This document shows, in pieces, positions 8,736 through 20,437 of a stretch of 64,000 nucleotides of DNA (its first letter is position 1; every line of letters begins with the position of its first letter). This DNA is from Candidatus Multivorans sp. (lineage in GTDB: Bacteria; Acidobacteriota; Thermoanaerobaculia; Multivoradales; Multivoraceae), in the NCBI GenBank assembly GCA_965224025.1, contig OZ245033.1:3200001-3264000 (forward strand), read 5' to 3'. The notes beneath the pieces were generated by a model that made no database searches, was not told the origin of the DNA, and was given only the letters and a program-made list of their open reading frames with translations. Position numbers and translations under genes: made by a program.

Positions 8736-10415
8736 ATGTCCCAGTTGAGTGTGGATCTCTCGCCCTGGAGGCGTCTGTTCGGCTTCGGACTGGCCGTTCT
8801 GGTCGCTCTCTCGGCGGTGACCGCGCCGCTGGCGGCTGCCGATGACGAGGACGAAGAAGAGAAACTGGTCCAGCCGGCGCCTCCGCGCCCGGACGGCGAA
8901 GGCGAAGGTCCCTTCGACCGCCTGATTCTGCGCGGCGTGACCGTCATCGACGGCACCGGCGCGCCTCCCTCGGGGCCGGTCGACATCGTCATCGAGGGCA
9001 ACCGGATCGAGGAGATCAAGGGCATCGGCATGCCGGGCACCGAGATCGACGAGAGCAAGCGGCCGAAGGATGCCGACGGCGAACTTGATCTCGGCGGGTC
9101 CTACGTGCTGCCCGGCCTGGTCGATCTGCACGCCCACACCGGCGGCGTGCCGAAAGCGCCCACGGCGGAGTACGTCTACAAGCTGTGGTTGGCGCACGGC
9201 ATCACGACCGTCCGCGGCGTACCCACCGGGCCCATGGACTGGGACCTGAGCGAGAAGGAGCGCAGCCGGAAGAACGAGATCACCGCGCCGCGCATCGTCT
9301 CCTATCAGCGCCCCGGCGGCGGCAAGGAGTGGAAGGACCGGAAGATCCGCACACCGGCCGACGCGCGGGAGTGGGTGCGATACGCCCACGACAAGGGCGT
9401 GGAGGGATTGAAGCTGGGCGCCTACCCGCCGAAGATCATGGCGGCTCTGATCGACGAGGCCGCCAGCCTGGGAATGGGATCGACGGCCCACCTCGACCAG
9501 ATGGGGGTGGCGCACATGAACGCTCTCGACGCCGCCCGCCTCGGCCTGGTCGGCATGACCCACTTCTACGGCCTGTTCGAGTCGATGTATGACGGCGCCG
9601 ACGTGCAGCCCTGGCCGGCGCGGATGAACTACATGGACGAGCAGTTCCGCTTCGGCCAGGTGGCCCGCCAGTGGCGTCTGGTCGAGCCCGGCGGGGAGCG
9701 CTGGAACGCCCTGCTCGACGAGTTTCTCGCACTCGACTTCTTCATCAACCCGACGATGACGATCTACTCGGCCGGCCGCGACGTGATGCGGGCGCGCAAC
9801 GCCGACTGGCACGCTGACTACACCCTGCCCACGCTCGCCGAGTTCTACGCTCCCAGCCGCGAGGACCACGGCTCCTACTGGTACGACTGGACGACCTGGG
9901 ACGAGGTGGCCTGGAAGAACTTCTACCGGGTGTGGATGCAGTTCCTCAACGAGTACAAGAACCGCGGCGGCCGGGTAACGATCGGCTCGGACTCCGGGTT
10001 CATCTACCAGACCTACGGCTTCGGCACGATCCTGGAACTCGAGCTGCTCCAGGAGGCTGGCTTCCATCCGCTGGAGGCGATCCGCTCGGCGACGATGTAC
10101 GGTGCCGAGGAGTTGACCCGGGCCAGCGGCGCCGAGATGGAGTTCGGCATCGTGCGCGAGGGCATGCTTGCCGATCTCCTGGTCGTGGACGAGAACCCGG
10201 TCGCCAACCTGAAGGTGCTCTACGGCACCGGCGCGGTGCGGCTCAACGACGACACCGGCCGCCCCGAGCGGGTTGGCGGCGTCCGCTACACGATCAAGGA
10301 CGGCATCGTGTTCGACGCGAAGAAGCTGCTCGCGAACGTGGCGGATATGGTTGCCGCCGCCAGGATCCAGTCAGAGAGCCCGTTGCAGGAGACGGCGGGA
10401 GGAGCGCGGCCGTAG
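8736..10415 (+). CDS. Secreted amidohydrolase family protein
   Basis: VIDGTG, PGLVDLHAH, GSDSG, GMLADLLVVDENP; signal peptide. Confidence 0.88.
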   Translation: MSQLSVDLSPWRRLFGFGLAVLVALSAVTAPLAAADDEDEEEKLVQPAPPRPDGEGEGPFDRLILRGVTVIDGTGAPPSGPVDIVIEGNRIEEIKGIGMPGTEIDESKRPKDADGELDLGGSYVLPGLVDLHAHTGGVPKAPTAEYVYKLWLAHGITTVRGVPTGPMDWDLSEKERSRKNEITAPRIVSYQRPGGGKEWKDRKIRTPADAREWVRYAHDKGVEGLKLGAYPPKIMAALIDEAASLGMGSTAHLDQMGVAHMNALDAARLGLVGMTHFYGLFESMYDGADVQPWPARMNYMDEQFRFGQVARQWRLVEPGGERWNALLDEFLALDFFINPTMTIYSAGRDVMRARNADWHADYTLPTLAEFYAPSREDHGSYWYDWTTWDEVAWKNFYRVWMQFLNEYKNRGGRVTIGSDSGFIYQTYGFGTILELELLQEAGFHPLEAIRSATMYGAEELTRASGAEMEFGIVREGMLADLLVVDENPVANLKVLYGTGAVRLNDDTGRPERVGGVRYTIKDGIVFDAKKLLANVADMVAAARIQSESPLQETAGGARP

Positions 10416-10486
10416 CGGCCTGAGAACGTCCGCCCGCTCGGACAGACCGAGAACATGGAGAACCCCCAAGTGAGACAGACAAACTC

Positions 10487-11365
10487 GTGAAACAGACACT
10501 CGTGAAGCACGCAGTCGCAATTCTGCTCGCCACCGCCGTGATCGCCGCGCCGCTGGCGGCCGGCACCGACACCGAAGTCCACGCCGACGTGGTCTACGGC
10601 CACAAGATGGGCATGGCTCTCACTTTCGATGCACTGGTGCCGGCCGAACAGAACGGCGCCGGCGTGCTGTTCATGGTCAGCGGCGGCTGGTTCTCCCGCT
10701 GGTCGGACCCGCACCGCATCGTGTCCGGTGAGGGACGCCGGTTCGGTGCGATCGGCGACCTCCTGGACAACGGCTACGCCGTGTTCATGGTCCGCCACGG
10801 CTCGGCCCCGTTGTTCAAGGTGCCGGAGGCGGTTGCCGACGTGCGCCGCGCGGTCCGCTACGTCCGCCTCCACGCGGACGATTTCGGCGTCGACCCGGAA
10901 CGGCTGGGCGTCACCGGCGGCAGCGCCGGCGGCCACCTGTCCCTGATGCTCGGCAACGCCTCGGACGAGGGGAACGCGGAGAGCAACGATCCCATCGAGC
11001 AGACAGGAAACCGCGTCGCCGCGGTGGTCGCCTACTTCCCGCCGGTCGACCTGCAGGGGCTGACCGGTCCGAACGAACGCTTCCCGGCGCTCGATTTCGA
11101 CGCGGAGAAGGCCGCCGCCATCTCGCCCGTCCTGTTCGTCAGTGAGGACGATCCGCCGACCCTGCTCGTCCACGGCGACCAGGATGCGCTCGTGGCTCTG
11201 AGCCACAGCGAGCGGATCAAGGCCGCCTTCGACGAGGCGAACGTGACCTCCAAGCTGGTGGTGATCGAGGGCGCCGCCCACGGCTTCCGCGGTGAGGACA
11301 GCCAGCGCGCCGCGAGCGCGCTGGTGGCCTGGTTCAACGAGCACCTTGGGGTGTCGTCGGACTGA
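10487..11365 (+). CDS. Secreted alpha/beta hydrolase (esterase/lipase-like)
   Basis: SGGW, GGSAGGHL, HGDQD, AAHGF. Confidence 0.85.
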   Translation: MKQTLVKHAVAILLATAVIAAPLAAGTDTEVHADVVYGHKMGMALTFDALVPAEQNGAGVLFMVSGGWFSRWSDPHRIVSGEGRRFGAIGDLLDNGYAVFMVRHGSAPLFKVPEAVADVRRAVRYVRLHADDFGVDPERLGVTGGSAGGHLSLMLGNASDEGNAESNDPIEQTGNRVAAVVAYFPPVDLQGLTGPNERFPALDFDAEKAAAISPVLFVSEDDPPTLLVHGDQDALVALSHSERIKAAFDEANVTSKLVVIEGAAHGFRGEDSQRAASALVAWFNEHLGVSSD

Positions 11366-11404
11366 GCCCGGCTGCTCGGCTGCCTGCCTGTTCCAGCGTC
11401 AGCG

Positions 11405-11815
11405 CTACGACCCGAGCAGAGAAACCAGGTCGCGGTTCGCAACCCGGCGCACGGCCCGCGCATCGGCGGTCAGCCATTCACCGCCAGCCAGCGAAGCCAG
11501 CGCCAGGTACACCGCGTCGTAGCCTGATAGCCGCCAGCGGTCCGCGAAGTCGGCGGCAAGGGCCAGCAGTTCATGTCCGTTTCCGACCCGGGTCATGCCG
11601 AGCGCCTCGACCAGAGAAAGTGCCTCCTTGACCTTTGCCGGAGTGCTCCCGGGCAGGCGGCAGAGAACTGCGAGCAGCTCGTTCATGAACAGATCGGGGA
11701 CCAGGTAGCGAGCCGGATTCGCCTCGATCTCTCCGAGAACACGCTCCGCCTCTTTCACCAGGGGCTCGCTGGTCACGAACCACTTGATCGCGACCGACGC
11801 GTCTACGACGGTCAC
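11405..11815 (-). CDS. vapC: Type II TA toxin, VapC/PIN domain
   Basis: VVDASVAIKW, YDAVYLALA, LTAD. Confidence 0.9.
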   Translation of the reverse strand: MTVVDASVAIKWFVTSEPLVKEAERVLGEIEANPARYLVPDLFMNELLAVLCRLPGSTPAKVKEALSLVEALGMTRVGNGHELLALAADFADRWRLSGYDAVYLALASLAGGEWLTADARAVRRVANRDLVSLLGS

Positions 11816-12075
11816 GACCGGAGGTCGCGAAGCATGTCGAGGGTCGTGCCTTTGGCCGGCGACTCGAACTTCAACCCGCGGAGTTTGGCGACCACTTCAC
11901 GCCGCCGGTCATCGGCCTCTTGGTCGACGAAGCGCTCCTGGTAGTCCTTCAGACTGACGAGGGCTGCCGCAGGCGTCCGGCGACGGCAGACGAGAATCGG
12001 GTCCCCGTGCCGCTCGAGGTGGTCGAGTACCTTGCCGAGACTCTGACGCAGTTGCAGGGCGTTCACCGTTCTCAT
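11812..12075 (-). CDS. Type II TA antitoxin, Phd/YefM family
   Basis: MRTVNALQLRQSLGKVLD..PILV..PAAALVS; 4-nt overlap with toxin. Confidence 0.88.
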   Translation of the reverse strand: MRTVNALQLRQSLGKVLDHLERHGDPILVCRRRTPAAALVSLKDYQERFVDQEADDRRREVVAKLRGLKFESPAKGTTLDMLRDLRS

Positions 12076-12085
12076 GACAGTTCAG

Positions 12086-12115
12086 AGTATCCCTACTTGT
12101 ACAGTTTGGTGTCAA
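12086..12115 (-). promoter_or_regulatory. Putative sigma70 promoter of the TA operon
   Basis: TTGACA-18 bp-GATACT with TGTACA palindrome in the spacer. Confidence 0.55.
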
Positions 12116-12118
12116 GAC

Positions 12119-13744
<1,626 letters not shown>

Positions 13745-13817
13745 GGCGGCTCCTGGGGTCTGGGGATTCGGAAGCGGTACCTTAGCGAGTCCCGAGGTCG
13801 CGGCGTAGACTCCGCCC

Positions 13818-15365
13818 GTGGATCCGGTCCGTCTGGAGCTGTTTTCCAATCGGTTCGCTGCGATTGCGTCCGAGATGGGCGTGATGCTGCGGCGGACCGC
13901 GATGTCGGTGAACGTGAAGGAGCGGCTCGACTTCTCGTGCGGTCTGCTCGATGCCGGCGGCAGGTTGCTGGTCAACGCGCCCCACATTCCGGTGCACCTG
14001 GGCGCTCTCGGCGAGTGCGTGCGCGGCGTCGCCGCCGAGCTTGAACTCGGCCCCGGCGATGTCGCGGTCACGAACCATCCCGGCTACGGCGGGTCCCACC
14101 TGCCGGACATCACGGTCATTGCTCCGGTCCACGTGGACGGCAGGCTGATCGGCTACGTCGCGAACCGGGCCCACCACGCTGAACTCGGCGGCATCCGCCC
14201 GGGCTCGATGCCGCCGAAGGCCGCGAACCTGGCCGAGGAGGGCGTCGTCATCGCGCCGCGGCGCCTGGTGCGGGCCGGCGAGCCCCGGTGGGAGCGGATG
14301 GAGGCGTTGCTGCGCCGCGGCCCGTCGCCGTCGCGCTCGGTGGCCGAGAATCTCGCCGACCTCGGCGCGGCGGTGGCGGCCAACCGGCGTGGAGCGGCGG
14401 CGCTTCAGCAGCTCGCGGCGGCCCACGGCGAGGACGAAGTACGGCGCTACATGACGGCGCTCTACTCGCGCGCCGCCGACCGCATGCGGATCGCTCTCGA
14501 GGATCACGTGCGGAGCACCGGACGCCAGTCCTTCCACGCGCTCGAACGGCTTGACGACGGCTCGCCGATCGAGGTCGAGGTGACGATCGATCGCGGTTCG
14601 GCCCGGATCGACTTCACCGGCAGCTCCCCGGTCCATCCGGGCAACCTGAACGCGACTCCGGCGATCGTGCGAAGCGCCACGATCTACGTGCTGCGGCTGC
14701 TCATCGGAGTGCCGCTGCAACTCAACGAGGGGTTGCTCGAGCCGGTGGAGATCGTGATCCCCCGCGGCATGCTGAACCCGGAGTTCTCGGCCGACCCGAG
14801 GCGCTGCCCGGCGGTGGTCGGGGGCAACGTCGAGACGAGTCAACGGGTTGTCGACACGCTGCTGCGGGCGCTCGGACTCTGCGCGTGCGGACAGGGCACG
14901 ATGAACAACACGCTGTTCGGCGACGACACCTTCGGGTACTACGAGACGGTCGGCGGGGGCGCCGGCGCCGGTCCCGGCTTCGTCGGCGCGAGCGGCGTCC
15001 ACACTCACATGACGAACACGCGGATCACCGATCCGGAAGTGCTGGAGCATCGCTATCCGGTGCGGATCGAGCGGTTCGGCCTGCGTCCCGGGTCGGGCGG
15101 GGCCGGCAGGTACCCGGGCGGCGACGGTCTTCGGCGCGAGCTGCGCTTCCTGTCCCGGCAGCAGCTCTCGGTGCTCGGCCAGCACCGGGTGGAGCGGCCC
15201 TTCGGCGTTCTTGGCGGCGACTCCGGAGCCGTGGGCAGTGCCCGGATCCTGCGGGCCGCGGGCGGGGTCCGGGAACTGGCCTCCGTCGATCAGGCCGATG
15301 TCGAGCCGGGAGACCTCCTGGTGCTCGAGACGCCGGGCGGCGGCGGCTGGGGCAAGGTCGAGTAG
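13818..15365 (+). CDS. Hydantoinase B/5-oxoprolinase C-terminal-half protein
   Basis: NVKERLDFSC, HIPVHLG, GSHLPD, QGTMNN, HTHMTNTR, ETPGGGGWG. Confidence 0.85.
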   Translation: MDPVRLELFSNRFAAIASEMGVMLRRTAMSVNVKERLDFSCGLLDAGGRLLVNAPHIPVHLGALGECVRGVAAELELGPGDVAVTNHPGYGGSHLPDITVIAPVHVDGRLIGYVANRAHHAELGGIRPGSMPPKAANLAEEGVVIAPRRLVRAGEPRWERMEALLRRGPSPSRSVAENLADLGAAVAANRRGAAALQQLAAAHGEDEVRRYMTALYSRAADRMRIALEDHVRSTGRQSFHALERLDDGSPIEVEVTIDRGSARIDFTGSSPVHPGNLNATPAIVRSATIYVLRLLIGVPLQLNEGLLEPVEIVIPRGMLNPEFSADPRRCPAVVGGNVETSQRVVDTLLRALGLCACGQGTMNNTLFGDDTFGYYETVGGGAGAGPGFVGASGVHTHMTNTRITDPEVLEHRYPVRIERFGLRPGSGGAGRYPGGDGLRRELRFLSRQQLSVLGQHRVERPFGVLGGDSGAVGSARILRAAGGVRELASVDQADVEPGDLLVLETPGGGGWGKVE

Positions 15366-15503
15366 GAAGAAGGCCAGGCAGCGGCGGTTGGGGCCGCCGC
15401 CGGGTACAATGCGCCCGTCCCGACGCGTCGGGCCAACCCTTGCCGGTCAGCAGTAGAGTCGCGGCGTCTTCGCCGCGCTGATGCGCAGGGTACATGTTGT
15501 TTC

Positions 15504-17399
15504 ATGGAGCCAACAGGAGCCGAGTCGATGAGCCAGCAACAGGTTCGAGTGAGCGAAGAGAAGGCCCGGGCGGTCGCCGAAGCATCCCGCCAGAAGGAGT
15601 GGAAGAACCCGTCTTTCATGAAGGAGCTGTTCCTGGGCAACTTCCGGTTCGACCTGATCTGTCCCTATCCCACGCGGGACGAGTGGCGCCCGGAGTTCGA
15701 GTCCTTCTACTCGGCGCTCAGCGACTTCCTGCGTGACGAGGTCGATCCGATCGAGATCGACGCCTCGGAGGACTACCCGGACCACGTGATCGACGGTCTC
15801 GCCCGGCTCGGCGCCTTCGGCATGAAGATCCCGAAGGAGTACGGCGGCCTCGGATTCGACCAGGTCGAGTACGCCCAGGTCATGGAACTGATCGGCGCCT
15901 TCGACGGCAACCTGACCGCGCTGCTCTCGGCTCACCAGTCGATCGGCGTGCCGCAGCCGCTCAACCTGTTCGGCACCGAGGAGCTCAAGCGCAAGTACCT
16001 GCCGCGCTGCGCCTCCGGCGAGATCTCCGCCTTCGCCCTGACGGAGCCGGAAGTCGGTTCGGATCCCGCCCGGCTGGCGACCTCGGCCGTGCTCGACGGA
16101 GACTTCTACGTTCTGAACGGCACCAAGTTGTGGTGCACCAACGGCACGAAGGCCGGCCTCCTCGTCGTCATGGCGATGGATCCGGCGACCGAGAAGATCA
16201 GCTCCTTCGTCGTCGAGACCGCCTGGGAAGGCGTCACGGTGGAGCGGCGCTGCCACTTCATGGGGCTCCGGGCGCTCGCCAACGGAATCATCCAGTTCGA
16301 CAACGTCAAGGTGCCGAAGAAAAACCTGATCGGCCGGGAGGGCAAGGGACTCAAGATCGCCCTGACCACCCTGAACGACGGGCGGCTGTCGATCCCGAAC
16401 AGCTCGGTCGGCGCGGCCAAGTACTGCCTAAAGGCGGTGCGCGAGTTCAGCAGCAGCCGGATCCAGTGGGGCGTGCCGATCGGCAAGCACGAGGCGATCG
16501 CGCAGAAGATCTCGGACATCGCGGCCTACGGCTTCGCGATGGAGGCGATCGTCAAGCTGGCCAGCCACATGGCGAACAACAAGAGGCTCGACCTGCGGCT
16601 CGAGAGCGCGGCCTGCAAGGAGTGGAACACCTGGCGCGGCTGGCAGATCATCGACGAGACGATGCAGGTGCGCGGCGGCCGCGGCTACGAGACGGAGTCC
16701 TCCCTGCGTGACCGCGGCGAGGATCCGGTCGGCATCGAGCGGATGATGCGCGACTTCCGGATCAACCGGATCTTCGAGGGCTCGAGCGAGATCATGCACC
16801 TGATCATGGCCCGCGAGGCGGTCGACAAGCACTTGCAGGTGGCGGGCGCCCTGATCGACAAGCGAGCCGGCTTCGGCGCCAAGCTGGCGGCGCTGCCGAA
16901 GATCGGTCTCTTCTACGCCTGGTGGTACCCGACGCGGTGGCTGGCGTGGGGCCGCTGGCCCCGCTACGCGGGCTACGGGCGCTATGCCCGCCACCTCCGC
17001 TTCATCGACCGCTCGGCGCGTAAGCTGGCCCGAGAGAGCTTCCACGGCATGCTCGTCTACCGCGAGAAGATGGAGCGCCGCCAGATGTTCCTGTTCCGCC
17101 TCGTGGACGTGGTCAACGAACTCTTCGCCATGGCCGCCTCGATCTCCCGGGCCCACACCGAGGCGCAGAAGGGCGCCGAGGACGCGACCACATCCGCGGC
17201 GCTGTGCGACCTCTTCTGCCGCATGTCGCGGCGCCGGGTGAAGCAGCTCTTCCACGAGCTGTGGCACAACGAGGACGCGCTGAAGTACCGCACCGCGCAG
17301 GACGTGATGAAGGGTCGGCACGCCGGGCGCGAGGAACTCCTGACCGCCCTCGATCCGTCGGCGCGACAGCCGCGCCAGACGGCTGCCGCCGCCTCGTAG
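15504..17399 (+). CDS. Acyl-CoA dehydrogenase with long C-terminal extension (VLCAD/ACAD9-like)
   Basis: AHQSIG, FALTEPEVGSD, GGRGY, RIFEGSSEI. Confidence 0.9.
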   Translation: MEPTGAESMSQQQVRVSEEKARAVAEASRQKEWKNPSFMKELFLGNFRFDLICPYPTRDEWRPEFESFYSALSDFLRDEVDPIEIDASEDYPDHVIDGLARLGAFGMKIPKEYGGLGFDQVEYAQVMELIGAFDGNLTALLSAHQSIGVPQPLNLFGTEELKRKYLPRCASGEISAFALTEPEVGSDPARLATSAVLDGDFYVLNGTKLWCTNGTKAGLLVVMAMDPATEKISSFVVETAWEGVTVERRCHFMGLRALANGIIQFDNVKVPKKNLIGREGKGLKIALTTLNDGRLSIPNSSVGAAKYCLKAVREFSSSRIQWGVPIGKHEAIAQKISDIAAYGFAMEAIVKLASHMANNKRLDLRLESAACKEWNTWRGWQIIDETMQVRGGRGYETESSLRDRGEDPVGIERMMRDFRINRIFEGSSEIMHLIMAREAVDKHLQVAGALIDKRAGFGAKLAALPKIGLFYAWWYPTRWLAWGRWPRYAGYGRYARHLRFIDRSARKLARESFHGMLVYREKMERRQMFLFRLVDVVNELFAMAASISRAHTEAQKGAEDATTSAALCDLFCRMSRRRVKQLFHELWHNEDALKYRTAQDVMKGRHAGREELLTALDPSARQPRQTAAAAS

Positions 17400-17522
17400 C
17401 CGCCCCGAAACGCCTCGCAGGCTCGGCCCAGTTTCCAGGTTGCGTCGGCCCATCCCGTCCTCACTATGACCTTGCGTCCCAGAACTTGCTGCGCTGCGTT
17501 CTGCGGCGCAAGCTCCTAGCCC

Positions 17523-19001
17523 GTGTCGACCCCCGCGAGGAGGGCGGATCCGGGCGCCGTGTCCGGAGTGCCGGGGCGCCCGGCCGCGGTCGGCCTGGTC
17601 AGCCTCGGCTGCGCCAAGAACCACGTCGACAGCGAGATCATGCTCGGCGTGCTGGACCGCCAGGGCTGCCGGCTGGTCGCGGACCTGGATGAGGCCGAGA
17701 CCGTGATCGTGAACACCTGCGGCTTCATCGACGAGGCCAGGGAGGAGTCGATCGACGCGATTCTTGACGCCGCGGCCCGCAAGTCCGACGGCGGCGCGCC
17801 CGTGCGGCGGGTTCTGGTCGCGGGCTGCATGGCCAACCGGTACGGCCAGGAACTTCAGGCCGAGATCCCCGAGATCGACGGCTTCATAGGTCTCGACTCC
17901 CTGCGCCAGGTGGGTTCCCTGGTGCGGCTCGGCGGCGCTCCGGCCGCGGCGCCCTCCGCGTCCCACCTGGTCTTCGATCACCGGGACAGCCGGATGCTCA
18001 CCACGAGCGGCTACGCCTACCTCAAGGTGGCGGAAGGGTGCAACAACCCCTGCACCTTCTGCGCCATTCCCGTGTGGCGGGGCCGGCTACGCAGCCGGGC
18101 GGTGGCCAGCCTGGTCGCGGAGGCGCGCGACCTTGTGGCGCGCGGGGCCCGTGAACTCGTGCTCGTGGCCCAAGACACGACCCGGTACGGGGAGGACCTG
18201 AACTACGGCCGGCACGGTCTGGCGCGTCTCGTGGAGGCGCTGCTCGCGGGTACGGACGCGGACTGGATCCGGTTTCTCTACGCCTATCCGACCACGCTCG
18301 ACGACGCTCTGCTCGAGTTGATGGCGGCCGAACCCCGGGTGGCGTCGTACCTCGACATGCCGCTCCAGCACAGCGACCGGCGCATGCTGCGCGCCATGCG
18401 CCGGGGCGGAACCGCGGACCGCTACCGGCGGATCTTCGAGCGGGCACGCGAACTCGATCCCGAAGTCAGCCTGCGCACGACCTTCATCGTCGGCTTTCCG
18501 GGGGAGGACGAAGCCGCCTTCGAAGACCTGCTCGATTTCGTGTCCGAGGTTCGCTTCGATCACCTCGGCGCGTTCGTCTACAGCCGCGAGAGCGACACGC
18601 CGTCGGCGGCGCTGCCGGGCCAGGTGCCGCGGCCGGTGGCCGAGGAGCGCAGGGAACGGTTGCTCGGCTTGCAGCGGGCAATCGCCCTGGAGCGCCGCCA
18701 ACGCCTGGTCGGCAGAACGCTCCCGATGCTGATCGAGGGGCCCTGTGAGGAGACGGAGCACCTGCTCTCTGCCCGGCACCAGGGCATGGCGCCGGAAGTG
18801 GACGGCCGGGTGCTGATCAACGACATCGTCGCCGACGACCTCGGGACCGACACGGACGCACCGTCACTGACCACTGTCGCCGCGGGCCGGATCGCGCGGG
18901 TCGAGGTGACGGATGCCTTCGCGGACGATCTCGTGGGCCGGATCGTTGGACTCGAGAAAGCGCCGGCCACTGCACCAGCCACCGTCGGGGCGAATCCCTG
19001 A
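17523..19001 (+). CDS. rimO: Ribosomal protein S12 methylthiotransferase
   Basis: SLGCAKNHVDSE, NTCGFI, EGCNNPCTFC radical-SAM motif, APEVDG. Confidence 0.93.
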   Translation: MSTPARRADPGAVSGVPGRPAAVGLVSLGCAKNHVDSEIMLGVLDRQGCRLVADLDEAETVIVNTCGFIDEAREESIDAILDAAARKSDGGAPVRRVLVAGCMANRYGQELQAEIPEIDGFIGLDSLRQVGSLVRLGGAPAAAPSASHLVFDHRDSRMLTTSGYAYLKVAEGCNNPCTFCAIPVWRGRLRSRAVASLVAEARDLVARGARELVLVAQDTTRYGEDLNYGRHGLARLVEALLAGTDADWIRFLYAYPTTLDDALLELMAAEPRVASYLDMPLQHSDRRMLRAMRRGGTADRYRRIFERARELDPEVSLRTTFIVGFPGEDEAAFEDLLDFVSEVRFDHLGAFVYSRESDTPSAALPGQVPRPVAEERRERLLGLQRAIALERRQRLVGRTLPMLIEGPCEETEHLLSARHQGMAPEVDGRVLINDIVADDLGTDTDAPSLTTVAAGRIARVEVTDAFADDLVGRIVGLEKAPATAPATVGANP

Positions 19002-19948
19002 TGCCGGCGATCCGGGACGCCATGAAGTCGACCGAGCTGCCGCGTGGCGTGATCGCCACGATCGGCAACTACGACGGCATCCACATCGGCCAGCAGAGCG
19101 TGCTCGACATGGTGACCGGCCGCGCCCGGGAGGTCGGCGTGCCGTCCGCGGTGATCACCTTCGATCCCCACCCTCTCAGCGTCGTCCGCCCGGAGGAGGC
19201 ACCGCCGCGGCTGGTGACCCAGGACCAGAAGGAGGCCCTGCTGGCGGCCGCGGGCGTCGACTATGTGCTCACGATCCGCTTCTCGCACGAGTTCTCCAAC
19301 ACCCGGGCGCGCACGTTCGTGCGCGACTTCCTGCACGGCCGGCTTGCGGTTGCCGAGCTCTACGTCGGCTCGAACTTCACCTTCGGCCGCCGGCGTGAGG
19401 GCGACATGGCGCTGCTCAAGGAGATGGGAGCGTCCCGCGGCTTCGCGGCCGTGGAGATCGACGAGGTGCGTTCGGGAGGCGAGCGGGTGTCCAGCAGCCG
19501 GATCCGCCGCTTCGTAACGGAAGGCAGGATCGCCGAGGCGAACGATCTGCTGGGGCGCCCCTACACGATGACGGGCGCCATCGCCCGCGGTGACCGGATG
19601 GGGCAGCGGCTCGGGTGGCCGACCATCAACCTGGCGCCCGAGAACGAGCTCTACCCGCACAACGGTGTCTACGTGACCAAGGTGTACTTTCCCAGCTTCG
19701 AGGCGACCTTCCGGTCGGTGACGAATATCGGCACCCGGCCGACGGTCTACGAGAACTACCGGCGGATCATCGAGAGCCATATCCTCGACTTCTCGAGCGA
19801 TGTCTACGGCGAGCGCGTGGACCTGTCCTTCTGCCGGCACCTGCGCGAGGAGAAGCTGTTCTCGTCGATGATGGACCTTTCCGCGCAGATCGGACGTGAC
19901 GCCGACGCGGCGCGGGAGTACTTTCGCCGTCTCGAGAGTTCCGGTTGA
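19001..19948 (+). CDS. ribF: Bifunctional riboflavin kinase/FAD synthetase
   Basis: GNYDGIHIGQ, TFDPHP, SSSRIR, GWPTIN, NIGTRPT. Confidence 0.93.
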   Translation: MPAIRDAMKSTELPRGVIATIGNYDGIHIGQQSVLDMVTGRAREVGVPSAVITFDPHPLSVVRPEEAPPRLVTQDQKEALLAAAGVDYVLTIRFSHEFSNTRARTFVRDFLHGRLAVAELYVGSNFTFGRRREGDMALLKEMGASRGFAAVEIDEVRSGGERVSSSRIRRFVTEGRIAEANDLLGRPYTMTGAIARGDRMGQRLGWPTINLAPENELYPHNGVYVTKVYFPSFEATFRSVTNIGTRPTVYENYRRIIESHILDFSSDVYGERVDLSFCRHLREEKLFSSMMDLSAQIGRDADAAREYFRRLESSG

Positions 19949-20088
19949 TGTCAGCATCAGGCACGAGCCCCGATCCGGAATCGACCAGCAGACCAACCCG
20001 GTTGGCGCGCTTGCGCGCGAACCGCGAACCAGTCGCGTCGCCCGTCCGCGGGCGCCGCGCTGACACCTGACACGAGGGACCCAACCCC

Positions 20089-20418
20089 ATGGCAAGCGAA
20101 CAGATTTTCAACGTGGACAGTCAGAGCTTCGAGGACCAGGTGCTGGGCGCGGACAGCCCGGTTCTGGTCGACTTCTGGGCCACCTGGTGCGGTCCGTGCC
20201 GCATGGTGGCGCCGGTTCTCGACGAGCTCGCGGATGAGTACGACGGCCGGGTGAGGATCGCCAAGCTGGACGTCGACCACGCCCAGGACGTTGCCGTGCG
20301 CTACGGAGTGCAGGGGATCCCCCACTTCATCCTGTTCAAGGACGGAGAGATCGCGGGGCGCATGACCGGAGCGGCCCCCAAGATGAGGTTCCAGGCCTTC
20401 CTGGACGACCACGTCTGA
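20089..20418 (+). CDS. trxA: Thioredoxin
   Basis: DFWATWCGPC. Confidence 0.95.
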   Translation: MASEQIFNVDSQSFEDQVLGADSPVLVDFWATWCGPCRMVAPVLDELADEYDGRVRIAKLDVDHAQDVAVRYGVQGIPHFILFKDGEIAGRMTGAAPKMRFQAFLDDHV

Positions 20419-20437
20419 GGGGCCGCGAGGCGCCGGG

